In this document: positions 18,815 through 28,218 of the stretch, one piece after another
Layout of the letters: every line of letters starts with the position of its first letter
How positions within the stretch are numbered: position 1 is the first letter of the stretch
Source of the DNA: Candidatus Magasanikiibacteriota bacterium
Lineage (GTDB): Bacteria; Patescibacteriota; Patescibacteriia; Magasanikbacterales; UBA922
Direction of reading: 5' to 3'
Length of the DNA: 64,000 bases
Assembly: GCA_018652595.1 (NCBI GenBank)
Contig: JABIBU010000013.1
Span: 29,043-93,042, forward strand
Position numbers and translations under genes: made by a program
The notes under the pieces: generated by a model
Database searches by the model: none
The model's input: only the letters and a program-made list of their open reading frames with translations
Told to the model about the DNA's origin: nothing

Positions 18815-20860
18815 TTATTGTTTTTTATAGCCTAAGAATAACCAACTACCATGTTCTTTGAACCAAGGAGCTACAAATCTAAGCAAGACACGAGTCACTG
18901 TAATAGCTGAGAACATTGAAAGTAGCACACCTATAGCTAGTGTAACGGCAAAACCTTGTACAAAACTTGTTCCAAACCAGATTAATAGTACACAAGTAAT
19001 TAGAGTAGAGATATTACCGTCTCTAATAGATGTCCAGGCTCTCAAGAATCCTTCTTCTACAGCAGCTTTTAGACTCTTACCTTCTTTTAATTCTTCCTTC
19101 AGGCGCTCAAAAATAAGCACATTGGCGTCTACTGCCATACCAATCGACAGTATAAAACCTGCAATACCAGCCAAAGTAAGTGTGACACCAATCAATTTGA
19201 AAACAGCCAAAGTAAGCGTAACATAGAGTGTTAACGCAATTACTGAGAGTAAGCCTGGCAATCTGTAATATAACAACATGAATAACATTACTATCAGGAT
19301 ACCCACTACTCCGGCTTTTAGACTAGTATTCAATGATTTGGCGCCCAAACTAGCGCCTACGCTCTGCTGAGCAATCAATTCTATTGGTACTGGAAGAGCA
19401 CCAGCATTTAATCTCTGAGAGAGCAATCTAGCTTCTTGCAAGTTGAATGAGCCAGAAATAACAGCTCGCCCATCACTAATTGGCTCATTGACAGTCGGCA
19501 CACTGATTGGCTGCCCATCCAAGAAAATTGCAACAGGTAAGCCAACATTTCTAGTGGTAATTTCTTTAAACAATTCTTTACCTTCGTTATCAAAACCCAG
19601 AGAAACTTGCACAGCACCCGTCTGTGGATCACTAACTACCTCTGACCTTTCCAATTGTTTACCAGATAGGTCGGTGTTTTTCCATGGATCAGATGGTGGC
19701 AAAATATCAATTTCTTTTTTTGTGCGAAGCATTACACGCCACATCTCATACTCTTTGCTTGGTTTTTCATCTGTCTTGTAGATAACATGATAACCAAACT
19801 GTGTCTCTACCGGACCCACAATCTGACTAACATCGGCATTAAATACTGCCTCTTCAAACTCCGGCACCATCATACCACGACCGAAATAACCGAGATCTCC
19901 ACCTTCATCTTTATTAGAAAAATCAGTCGAGTTATCTATTGCTAATTGAGCAAAATTACCAGCATTGGCCTGATCATATATTTCTTGAGCTTTTTCTAGT
20001 GCTTCTTTTTTTGTATAAATAGGAGAATCACAACTTTCTGAACCTAGATAACAAATCAAAATATGACTAGCAGATATTTGACCATCACCATCTCTTTCGG
20101 CTCCACGTTTCAATATATTATAACCTTCATAAGACTCTGTCAAAGTAGCACTAACAGTTCCTTCTGATACACCACCAGCCCATTCATAAAGTTCTGGATA
20201 TTGAGAAGTTACTCCTATGAAACTCATATAGCCGTCATTGTTCTTGCTAACCAAATCTTCTGAATATTCGGTTACTACTTCTGCAAAATCAGACCCGCTC
20301 TTAATTTTTTGCAAAGCTTCACCTGCTCTTGTCTTTACTTCTTTATTAAAATCATTCATTCCCTGTCTTTCTTCCTCTGTCAATTCTCTAGATGGTTCAT
20401 CGTTTTGCTCTTTGAATTCCAAAATTGGAGTCTCTCCAATCATCTTTATTGCTTCATTTATATCAGTCACGCCAGGCATCTCCACAATAATACGATAGTC
20501 ATCCCCCACTTTGGTAGTCTGAACTACTGGTTCGCTAACACCAATACCATTTACACGACGCTCGATGACATCACGAACACCTTCTACAGAAGGACCCTTT
20601 TCTTCACCAGTTAGCCCGCTAGTATTTGCTTGGTATACAAGATGAGCACCCCCCTGAAGATCTAGACCCAAATTAAAGTTCTTTTCTGGGATATTTGGCA
20701 ATCCAATATAAGTAACCGCATTTACTTTGTTTATGGCACGATTAAAATATCCTGGAGCATCAAAAGAACCCGCAAGTAATAGAAGTGCGAGTATTCCAAC
20801 AATCCCCCAGCGAACTTTTGCTCTAACTTGTGACTTTGTATTATTCTTTTTCATAATCAT
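18815..20860 (-). CDS. secD: Protein translocase subunit SecD with an inserted parvulin-type PPIase domain
   Basis: SecD signatures (GLDLQGGAHLVYQA; the C-terminal TM bundle). Residues ~260-365 carry a complete PpiC/parvulin signature (ASHILI...GGDLGYFGRGMMVPEFEEAVF...GPVETQFGYHVI). Confidence 0.8.
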   Translation of the reverse strand: MIMKKNNTKSQVRAKVRWGIVGILALLLLAGSFDAPGYFNRAINKVNAVTYIGLPNIPEKNFNLGLDLQGGAHLVYQANTSGLTGEEKGPSVEGVRDVIERRVNGIGVSEPVVQTTKVGDDYRIIVEMPGVTDINEAIKMIGETPILEFKEQNDEPSRELTEEERQGMNDFNKEVKTRAGEALQKIKSGSDFAEVVTEYSEDLVSKNNDGYMSFIGVTSQYPELYEWAGGVSEGTVSATLTESYEGYNILKRGAERDGDGQISASHILICYLGSESCDSPIYTKKEALEKAQEIYDQANAGNFAQLAIDNSTDFSNKDEGGDLGYFGRGMMVPEFEEAVFNADVSQIVGPVETQFGYHVIYKTDEKPSKEYEMWRVMLRTKKEIDILPPSDPWKNTDLSGKQLERSEVVSDPQTGAVQVSLGFDNEGKELFKEITTRNVGLPVAIFLDGQPISVPTVNEPISDGRAVISGSFNLQEARLLSQRLNAGALPVPIELIAQQSVGASLGAKSLNTSLKAGVVGILIVMLFMLLYYRLPGLLSVIALTLYVTLTLAVFKLIGVTLTLAGIAGFILSIGMAVDANVLIFERLKEELKEGKSLKAAVEEGFLRAWTSIRDGNISTLITCVLLIWFGTSFVQGFAVTLAIGVLLSMFSAITVTRVLLRFVAPWFKEHGSWLFLGYKKQ

Positions 20861-21396
20861 TTTAAGTATAATAGTGGTGCTTATTTTACAATATTAGCCA
20901 AGATGAGTCAAGAGGGGTTGTCCACTCTCAATCACTGCACCAATTTATCACATAATTATAATTCCAAAGAAGAATTAAATAATAGACCATACTTATAGTA
21001 CTTACTATTTTATTTTTGTATTTGACAGGTGAATATAATTTTGAGATAATCATCCCAACAGCTCTTTTAACCAGCACACAACAAACTCATCAGGGGGATG
21101 TCATGGGTACTGGTAATACTTTTGGTCAGGGCATGGATGCAGATTTTCTCGTCCAAGCAAATGGTTTTGCTTGTCGTGTATGTTCTGCTTTCGACGGCAA
21201 AATCGTTTTCCATTCATCTGCAAATAGCCGGGATAAATTTAGTTGCAATAACTGCACTAACTTATTTCTAGATCCTGTAAAACATTGCAAGTCAGGCTTA
21301 ACAGATTTGGTCTGCGTGAGCAACCCGAAGGTAACGGAATACCTAAGAAAAGAATTCCTGAGAGAATGACAAAGAAGTGGCGGTGCAAACAATAGC

Positions 21397-21466
21397 CACC
21401 CGTTTGCCTGCCTAGGTTCTAGATCTATCTAGATTCTAGGCAGGAGGATTGCGGGTGGTTTTTTGT
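21397..21466 (+). terminator. Long GC-rich hairpin followed by a T-run (plus-strand intrinsic terminator)
   Basis: CCACCCG..GCCTGCCTAG-loop-CTAGGCAGG..CGGGTGG, followed by TTTTTTG. Confidence 0.5.
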
Positions 21467-21471
21467 TTTAT

Positions 21472-21624
21472 CCCCTCCTTGAGGAGGAGGGGCACCTCGT
21501 TCTGATCGCAATCAGAACGGGTGGGGTGGTGCTCGCATTAATATGAGATTAGTAAATCCCGTAGAAGCAAACCACCCCGTCCCCCGATGCGAATCGGGGT
21601 TCACCCCTCCTTCGAAAGGAGGGG
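21472..21624. ncRNA. GC-rich multi-hairpin structured RNA candidate of unknown family
   Basis: About 58% GC in a ~33% GC genome. The element is bounded by two near-identical hairpins, CCCCTCC-(7 nt)-GGAGGGG. Inside are a CGUUCUGAU/AUCAGAACG hairpin, a long-range GGGGUGGU...ACCACCCC stem and a CCCCGAU-gcga-AUCGGGG hairpin. It lies between two terminators in the 810-bp secA-secD spacer. Confidence 0.35.
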
Positions 21625-21626
21625 AC

Positions 21627-21654
21627 AAAAAACAGCCTTTGGGCTGTTTTTTTA
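21627..21654. terminator. Bidirectional intrinsic terminator (secA 3' end)
   Basis: AAAAA-ACAGCC-ttt-GGGCTGT-TTTTTTT. Confidence 0.6.
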
Positions 21655-21673
21655 TTTAAGCATAATCAATGAC

Positions 21674-24490
21674 TTATTTTCCACAACACTTCTTATACTT
21701 CTTTCCACTACCACATGTACACGGATCATTTCTACCAACCTTATCCCCTTCTTCGTTTCGTGTCTTGCCTTTTATAGCACCAGGTGTATCGCTGGATGAT
21801 TTTTGAGCACCTTTCATTACCATCTTATCATTGGCCATTATAGTAGGTGCAAGATTTAGACCAGCAGTTACTTTGAAAATACTATAGACTACTTCTTTTT
21901 GTACTCCAGCCAAAAGTTGATTAAACATGCCATAAGTCTCCTTTTTATATTCCACCAAAGGATCTCGTTGGCCATATCCACGCAGACCAATTCCAGTACG
22001 AAGATAATCAATTGCAACCAAATGCTCCACCCAAAGATTATCAATTGATCTAATCATCACGCTTTTTTCAATTTGTTTCATCATTTTTTCACCCTCTTCT
22101 TCAGTTTGAGCCATTGATTTTACTTGGTTCTCCATTTCAATGTATTCAAACTTGGCTTTCTCTAATATAAATTTTACTAACTTCTCTCTTGCTTCTACGT
22201 CTTCCAATTTACTATCGCCATTGGAACCCATGTGCAAAATTTTGTCTCGGTCTTCTTGTGATAGAGAAAAAATTGTTCTAACTGTTTCGTAGACTTCTTT
22301 CAAATTCCAATCTTTGCGATCCTCTGTATTGGTATGAAATGAAACCACAAACTCAATCTCTTGTTCTATCAAATCAAAGATCATCTCTTTTAATGACTTG
22401 AATTCTACATTTTTATTTTTCAATTCTTCACTGCCAGCTTCTTTGCTCAGCTCCAAAGCCTCTCGTCTTTTTTTATAAATAACTTCTCTGTGTTTATTCA
22501 AAACATCATCATACTCAAGCAAGTGTTTTCTAATATCAAAGTTATGCCCCTCAACTTTTTTCTGAGCACCTTCTAGCATCTTACTAATCATTTTCTGCTC
22601 AATAGGCATATCTTCTGGAACTTTTAAGCGTTCCATTATTCCTTTCAACCTATCCCCAGCAAAAATACGCATTAAATCGTCATCGGTCGAAACAAAAAAT
22701 TGAGTCTCACCAGGATCACCCTGACGAGCCGAGCGCCCACGAAGCTGGTTATCGATTCGACGTGATTCATGTCTCTCTGTACCAAGTACAAATAAACCGC
22801 CAGCTTGTTTTACCTTTTCTTGCATATTTGGATCAGCTGGCACACCACCGAGCTTGATATCCACACCACGACCAGCCATATTAGTAGCCAAAGTCACGGC
22901 ACCAGGTCGCCCTGCTTGGGCTACAATTTCACCCTCACGTTCATGATTTTTTGCATTCAAAGCTTCGTACTGAATTCCTTCGCGCAATAAATACTCACTA
23001 AGCTCTTCATTTTTTTCTACTGAAATTGTACCAACCAAAATTGGCTGTCCTTTGGCTTGACACTCTTTTATTTTTTCTACAATAGCTTTATATTTTCCTC
23101 TTTCATTTTTATAAATTCTATCTTGCTGGTCTAATCTAGCGTCTGGTCTATTAGTTGGTATAGCCACCACTTCTAGATTATAAATTTTTATAAACTCTTC
23201 TGATTCAGTCACAGCAGTACCAGTCATACCAGAAAGCTTGTTGTACATTCGAAATAAATTTTGAAAAGTAATTGTAGCCAAAGTCTGAGACTCACGCTGA
23301 ATATTTACATTTTCTTTGGCTTCAATTGCTTGATGAAGACCTTCGGAATAACGACGGCCAGGCATCTGACGACCAGTAAATTCATCAATAATAACAACCT
23401 CGCCATTATCTACTATGTAGTCTTTGTCTTTTTTAAATAAAACTTCAGCCTTTAGGGCTTGCTCAATATGGTGGACTAAACGAATTCCACCCTCTACATA
23501 TAAATTTTCAACATTAAGCCACTGTTCAAATTTCTTAATACCCTCTTCAGTCAATATAGCACTCCGCATCTTTTCATCTATATTATAATCGCCTTGCTCT
23601 GAAACATCTGCAGGATCTGAATCATCCGAAGTTTTTCCTTCTTTTAGTTGCTTTACCAATTTAGCAAATTGATAATATTGTTCGGTCGCCTGCTGGGCTG
23701 GGGCGGAAATTATAAGTGGAGTTCTAGCCTCATCAATCAAAATAGAGTCTACCTCATCAATAATAGTATAATGCATTTCATCTCCTGGCCTCATTACCAT
23801 CTCTTCTACAGTCTGCACCATGTTGTCACGAAGATAATCAAAACCAAATTCATTATTAGTTCCATAAGTAATATCAGCCCGATAAGTTTCTTGGCGTGAA
23901 GCTGGACGCAAAAATTCATCCTCTACCTTGAAACTTCCTTCTTCATCTCGCTCACTATCCAATTCACCACCTTCTTCTCCACCCACGACACTTGAATCAT
24001 AGAGATAAGAAATGCGTTGATTTTGGATAATACCAATTGACAATCCCAAATAATCATAAATCTGACCCATCCACACAGCATCACGCTTTGCCAAATAATC
24101 ATTGACTGTAATCACATGCACACCCTTTCCTTCTAATGCATTCAAATAAACTGGTAAAGTTGCAACAAGAGTTTTACCTTCACCGGTCCTCATCTCTGCA
24201 ATCTGACCCCTATGAAGTGTAATTCCACCAAGAAGCTGAACATCAAAATGACGCATGCCTGTGACACGCTTGGATGCTTCACGAACTGTGGCAAAAGCCT
24301 CTGGAAGTAAGTCGTCCAAAGTCTCATCTTTTGCCAATCTATCCTTAAATTCTTTTGTTTTACCCTTTAATTCCTCTTCAGATAGTTTTTCAAAATCCTT
24401 TTCTAAATTATTTATTTTTACAACCAAAGGCTGGATTTCTTTCAAAATCTTTACATTAGGATCTCCAAATACTTTTGTATATAGGGACAT
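21674..24490 (-). CDS. secA: Preprotein translocase ATPase SecA
   Basis: 938 aa with DEAD-like motors and a C-terminal zinc-binding CTCGSGKKYKKCCG. Confidence 0.9.
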   Translation of the reverse strand: MSLYTKVFGDPNVKILKEIQPLVVKINNLEKDFEKLSEEELKGKTKEFKDRLAKDETLDDLLPEAFATVREASKRVTGMRHFDVQLLGGITLHRGQIAEMRTGEGKTLVATLPVYLNALEGKGVHVITVNDYLAKRDAVWMGQIYDYLGLSIGIIQNQRISYLYDSSVVGGEEGGELDSERDEEGSFKVEDEFLRPASRQETYRADITYGTNNEFGFDYLRDNMVQTVEEMVMRPGDEMHYTIIDEVDSILIDEARTPLIISAPAQQATEQYYQFAKLVKQLKEGKTSDDSDPADVSEQGDYNIDEKMRSAILTEEGIKKFEQWLNVENLYVEGGIRLVHHIEQALKAEVLFKKDKDYIVDNGEVVIIDEFTGRQMPGRRYSEGLHQAIEAKENVNIQRESQTLATITFQNLFRMYNKLSGMTGTAVTESEEFIKIYNLEVVAIPTNRPDARLDQQDRIYKNERGKYKAIVEKIKECQAKGQPILVGTISVEKNEELSEYLLREGIQYEALNAKNHEREGEIVAQAGRPGAVTLATNMAGRGVDIKLGGVPADPNMQEKVKQAGGLFVLGTERHESRRIDNQLRGRSARQGDPGETQFFVSTDDDLMRIFAGDRLKGIMERLKVPEDMPIEQKMISKMLEGAQKKVEGHNFDIRKHLLEYDDVLNKHREVIYKKRREALELSKEAGSEELKNKNVEFKSLKEMIFDLIEQEIEFVVSFHTNTEDRKDWNLKEVYETVRTIFSLSQEDRDKILHMGSNGDSKLEDVEAREKLVKFILEKAKFEYIEMENQVKSMAQTEEEGEKMMKQIEKSVMIRSIDNLWVEHLVAIDYLRTGIGLRGYGQRDPLVEYKKETYGMFNQLLAGVQKEVVYSIFKVTAGLNLAPTIMANDKMVMKGAQKSSSDTPGAIKGKTRNEEGDKVGRNDPCTCGSGKKYKKCCGK

Positions 24491-24591
24491 AATTCTTTAA
24501 GTTATAGATGTGTATGTTATGGGTATTTTAGTAATTAGGTAGACTCGTAGACGACCGCTATTATAGCAAAAAATAAAAGATTTGTCCATAG

Positions 24592-24620
24592 TTGACAAAA
24601 CCTCCCATTTAAAGTAAAAT
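24592..24620 (+). promoter_or_regulatory. Sigma-70-like promoter (TTGACA-17 nt-TAAAAT) upstream of the Cys-rich ORF
   Basis: -35 TTGACA at 24592-24597, a 17-nt spacer, -10 TAAAAT at 24615-24620, and the RBS GAGGAGG at 24631-24637. Confidence 0.45.
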
Positions 24621-24641
24621 CCAAACAACCGAGGAGGAAAT

Positions 24642-25121
24642 ATGAAGGTTATCGAGTTAGAAAGACACTGCGAAGCTTGTGGAAGCAAACAGGCATTCAA
24701 AATAGTGCCTGGGAGTAGTCGCCACGAAATGTGCTGCCTAAAATGCGGATGGATTCTGGCGACATGCGACAATATTGCCATAGGGGCAATTCAATTTGCA
24801 GGAAGTCCGTCAGTTACTACCGCGACGGTGATAAACATGATGCCACAAAACACGGGAGGAAACATGGCAAAAGAGAGAAAAAACAAGCTGATGTGTTCGG
24901 CGTGCAAAGCTGGAGTAGAAAACTCTGATGGCTATTGCCCGCACTGCAACCACCCCCTCTTGGTTTCTGGAAATTGCGGAACCAAACTCTGTCTCACATG
25001 CACACAAGAAGACCACACACCAGAAGATGTGTTGGAAGAGGGTGGGATCGCAGATGAATGTTTGATCTGTGATGCGCTGGATGAATCAACATGTGCGGAC
25101 TGCCCCGTAACCCAGCACTAA
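24642..25121 (+). CDS. Cysteine-rich multi-zinc-ribbon protein (about 20 Cys in 159 aa)
   Basis: Repeated CxxC pairs (CEACG...CLKCG; CSACK...CPHCN; CLTC; CLICD...CADC). It has a strong promoter, RBS and terminator, and a locally elevated GC. Confidence 0.5.
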   Translation: MKVIELERHCEACGSKQAFKIVPGSSRHEMCCLKCGWILATCDNIAIGAIQFAGSPSVTTATVINMMPQNTGGNMAKERKNKLMCSACKAGVENSDGYCPHCNHPLLVSGNCGTKLCLTCTQEDHTPEDVLEEGGIADECLICDALDESTCADCPVTQH

Positions 25122-25196
25122 GCCAAGGAGGTACAACCGACCAAAAACTGTAGAAGAGGGGGTGTAGTTTGCAGTCGGTCCCCTTATATTTTAAAT

Positions 25197-25232
25197 CCCC
25201 CCGACATCGCGTCGGGGGGATTTTTGTTTTTT
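25197..25232 (+). terminator. Intrinsic terminator
   Basis: CCCCCCGAC-atcgc-GTCGGGGGG followed by TTTTTGTTTTTT. Confidence 0.55.
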
Positions 25233-25244
25233 ATTCCTATATTC

Positions 25245-25589
25245 TTATTCCTGATATCCCTTCATATCTCTCAACTCTTCTTTATCAATTTCTCTCATCT
25301 TGCCTTTTAATTTTTCTAACTCGACTTTCAAATGATCTTTCACCTTATCAATTGCCTTGTACAAATCCACAGCCTCCTTTTTTATATTAATATTTTTACC
25401 AGGAACCTGTAGATTGAATTCTGCAAAATAAATCTTCCCCTTATTATGATGGTGAGAATCCATACCAAGAATCACATCTACACCCTGAATATTATCAAAA
25501 TAGGTTAGTAAATCATTTGCTTTGTCATCTACGTATTGTTTTATCGCATCTGTTGTGTCCATTCCTTTTACTTGTATATTTATATTCAT
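25245..25589 (-). CDS. hpf: Ribosome hibernation-promoting factor (RaiA/HPF family)
   Basis: MNINIQVKGMD.TDAIKQYV..K...L..Y matches the sigma-54 modulation/HPF fold. Confidence 0.75.
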   Translation of the reverse strand: MNINIQVKGMDTTDAIKQYVDDKANDLLTYFDNIQGVDVILGMDSHHHNKGKIYFAEFNLQVPGKNINIKKEAVDLYKAIDKVKDHLKVELEKLKGKMREIDKEELRDMKGYQE

Positions 25590-25601
25590 ATTTTTGAAAA
25601 A

Positions 25602-25985
25602 TTAAAAATATTTTATTAGTTCAAGTTGCTTGGCCCTGTGTAACAAAGCTGCATAAAAAGCAGGATTATCTCCCCAATCAGACTCAGAACTTCCATTTAT
25701 TTTGTCTGTTATTTCTTTGTCTGATAATTTCTCAACCTCCAAAAATGCTTCTCTATATTCTTCTGTCGTATACTGCCCCCTAACCTTTCTCAAAATACTG
25801 CGAGCATGTTCACCATTTATTTTAAATAAATCCTTTCTCTTTTCTGGTGGCAAAGTTTTAAAAAGATCTTTTAAGTCATCTATCATCTCTTTATCAGACT
25901 CAGAATAATGTCCTTCCTCCTCTTCTTTTGCTTTTTTTTCTTCTTTTCTCTTTTTAAAACTCCCAAAATCAGTTACTTCTGCCAT
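25602..25985 (-). CDS. Hypothetical charged protein
   Basis: 127 aa, K/E-rich; no motif recognised. Confidence 0.35.
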   Translation of the reverse strand: MAEVTDFGSFKKRKEEKKAKEEEEGHYSESDKEMIDDLKDLFKTLPPEKRKDLFKINGEHARSILRKVRGQYTTEEYREAFLEVEKLSDKEITDKINGSSESDWGDNPAFYAALLHRAKQLELIKYF

Positions 25986-25997
25986 ATATTTATAATA

Positions 25998-26963
25998 TTA
26001 AAAAATTTCAACTTCTGTTTGTAATTCTACTCCATATTTATTATACACTTTTTCTTTAATTTCTTCCATGAGCTGCAAAACTTCTGCTCGAGTAGCTTCC
26101 TTTTTATTAACAATAAAATTACAATGTTCAGCTCCAACACTTGCACCACCAAGCTCTTTACCTTTAAAGTCCAATTGATCTATCATCCAGCCAGCTGGAA
26201 CCTTTCCCCTCTCCACAAACAGTGGTGGTAGCTCAGATTTATCTCCAGGCCATTTTTCTATCGCAACATTAGTAAAAAAACAACCAGCCGATGGATAAAT
26301 TGGGTATTTACCTTTTCTCCCTGCAATAATTTCTTGTGTTTTTTTCAAAACTTCCGCCTTATCAGCTTTTTTGAATTTAAACCAAGCTCGTAAAATTATT
26401 AAATTTTTATTTTCCTTAAAAATACTACCACGGTATACAAACTCACATTCATCATTTACAAATTCTACCACTTCTCCATCTTGCCATACTTCTACCTTTT
26501 CTAATACATCAGCAGTAGCCTGACCAAACGCACCGGCATTGCCTCGCACTGCCCCACCAATAGTGCCGGGAATCCCAGCTGACCATTCCATACCACTCAA
26601 ACCATTCTGCATTGCCAACCCCATTACAGCACCCAATAGCGCTCCAGCCTCCACTTCAATCACCTGGCTTTTCAGAGAATACTGATGCCCTGTGGGTATG
26701 ACTTTTGACTTTTGACTTTTGACTTGAATAGCCACTCCATCATATTCCTCGTCCTGAAACAAGATATTAGAACCTCCACCCAAAACATAATACTCTATCC
26801 CCTTCTGAGATAAATAATTTAATAAATCAACTAATTTTTCAGTTTCTTCAACTACTACAAAATACCTAGCTGGACCACCAATCTTAAAAGTAGTATGCTT
26901 TGACATTGGCTCATTCAATTTTACCTTGCCAAAATCTTTAAGTTTTTTATAGATTTCATCCAT
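25998..26963 (-). CDS. murB: UDP-N-acetylenolpyruvoylglucosamine reductase
   Basis: FAD-binding N-domain (TTFKIGGPARYF; GGGSN) and the MurB C-domain. Confidence 0.8.
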   Translation of the reverse strand: MDEIYKKLKDFGKVKLNEPMSKHTTFKIGGPARYFVVVEETEKLVDLLNYLSQKGIEYYVLGGGSNILFQDEEYDGVAIQVKSQKSKVIPTGHQYSLKSQVIEVEAGALLGAVMGLAMQNGLSGMEWSAGIPGTIGGAVRGNAGAFGQATADVLEKVEVWQDGEVVEFVNDECEFVYRGSIFKENKNLIILRAWFKFKKADKAEVLKKTQEIIAGRKGKYPIYPSAGCFFTNVAIEKWPGDKSELPPLFVERGKVPAGWMIDQLDFKGKELGGASVGAEHCNFIVNKKEATRAEVLQLMEEIKEKVYNKYGVELQTEVEIF

Positions 26964-27009
26964 ACTAATACTTGCAAAAATACCTAATTTGAGTTATAAT
27001 CCCCCTACT

Positions 27010-28206
27010 ATGCAAGAACTTACTGACAAATTACAGCAAACCCCAGTAATCTACGTAACCCGCGATATTGAGCGGGCTTGTGCATTGGAAAATACTCCCA
27101 ACTACTATATTATCTCAAATTTTAACGAATCTTTCAAGTCTGTGGACAACCCAAATACTTTACTCATAAAAGAAGAAAGGCAATTAGACACATGGGAGCT
27201 ATTACAACACCCAAAAACAAAAGATTTTATAAAGAACTTAGGTAGCGCTAATCTGGTAGTATTCAAACCCACGAAACAAATTGAAAGAATCTGCACAGAA
27301 AATAATTGGAATTTATTAAATCCTTCGGCTGAACTATCGGACAAAATTGAAGAAAAAATCTCTCAACTGGATTGGTTAGGAGATCTCAAAAAATATTTAC
27401 CAGATTACTCTGTAAAACTTTGTAAGGATGTAGAATGGAAAGAGGAAAAATTTATTTTACAATTCAACCGCTCACATACTGGCAGTGGCACAATGCTGAT
27501 TGAATCAAACGAACAACTAGAAGAAATAAAAAATAAATTCCCTGAGCGCGAAGCCAGGCTTGCCAAATATATTGAAGGTCCACTTTTTACCAATAATAAT
27601 ATTGTAACAAAAAGCAAAATCTTAATTGGAAATATAAATTATCAAATTACTGGCCTCAGACCTTTTACCGACCTACCATTTGCAACTATTGGCAATGACT
27701 GGGGCTGGCCTCATAAATATTTAAGCAAAGAACAATTTGAACAATATAAAAAAATAGTAACAGACATCGGCGAGAAATTACACAAAGATGGATGGAAAGG
27801 ATTATTTGGAGTAGACATTGTGGTGGAAGAATCAACCGACAAACTTTATCTTGTTGAAATTAACGCTAGGCAACCAGCTAGCACAACTTACGAAAGTCAG
27901 TTGCAAAAAGATTCGCTTACAACATTTGAAGCACACTTAGCTGGTTTACTGGACATTGATCTCACTAATCATGAACTCACAGAGATAAAAGATGGTGCGC
28001 AAATCATATCACGTATCACAAGTCAAGCAACACATATCGCATCTAAAACTATAGAAGAACTAAAAAAAGAGGGCTTTATTTTAACAAAATACGACAACAC
28101 TAAACAAGGATCGGATCTATTACGCATACAAATTAATCAATCTATAATGGAAGGTCATGATAAATTCAATGGCACTGGAAAAAAAATTAAACAACTTATA
28201 GCTTAA
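27010..28206 (+). CDS. ATP-grasp domain ligase (RimK/Ddl/LysX-like superfamily)
   Basis: Gly-rich loop (NRSHTGSGTMLIES), EYIEG-type (KYIEGP), and a catalytic C-terminal motif (GLFGVDIVVEESTDKLYLVEINARQ). The likely start is MQELTDK at 27010 rather than the track start at 26989. Confidence 0.55.
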   Translation: MQELTDKLQQTPVIYVTRDIERACALENTPNYYIISNFNESFKSVDNPNTLLIKEERQLDTWELLQHPKTKDFIKNLGSANLVVFKPTKQIERICTENNWNLLNPSAELSDKIEEKISQLDWLGDLKKYLPDYSVKLCKDVEWKEEKFILQFNRSHTGSGTMLIESNEQLEEIKNKFPEREARLAKYIEGPLFTNNNIVTKSKILIGNINYQITGLRPFTDLPFATIGNDWGWPHKYLSKEQFEQYKKIVTDIGEKLHKDGWKGLFGVDIVVEESTDKLYLVEINARQPASTTYESQLQKDSLTTFEAHLAGLLDIDLTNHELTEIKDGAQIISRITSQATHIASKTIEELKKEGFILTKYDNTKQGSDLLRIQINQSIMEGHDKFNGTGKKIKQLIA

Positions 28207-28218
28207 AACTTACGGCTT

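Noticed and set aside
21080-21110. Hammerhead-like CUGAUGA motifs (minus strand near 21090, plus strand near 61880)
   Set aside because: No stem II/GAAA or stem III around the motif; chance occurrence.
21016-21392. ORFs 21016-21369 (+) and 21126-21392 (-) in the secA-secD spacer
   Set aside because: No RBS and no domain signal. The apparent TTGACA/TATAAT pair at 21022-21039 has only a 6-nt spacer, so it is not a promoter. The region is treated as non-coding.
21472-21624. tmRNA, RNase P RNA, SRP RNA or 6S identity for the GC-rich element
   Set aside because: No GGAAAGUCC or ACAGARA RNase P boxes, no SRP GGAA/GCAGC domain-IV motif, no tRNA-like 3' end with CCA and no tag ORF. Only a weak 'GGGGACG..ACGGGAUUU' resemblance on the minus strand, so it is left unclassified.
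24731-25016. Overlapping ORFs 24731-24928 (+) and 24810-25016 (-)
   Set aside because: They are embedded in the better-supported Cys-rich gene, which has a promoter, RBS and terminator; alternative-frame artefacts of GC-rich sequence.
26694-26720. Tandem TTTTGAC x4 microsatellite
   Set aside because: It lies inside murB and encodes an in-frame KSQKSKV stretch; not a CRISPR or regulatory array.
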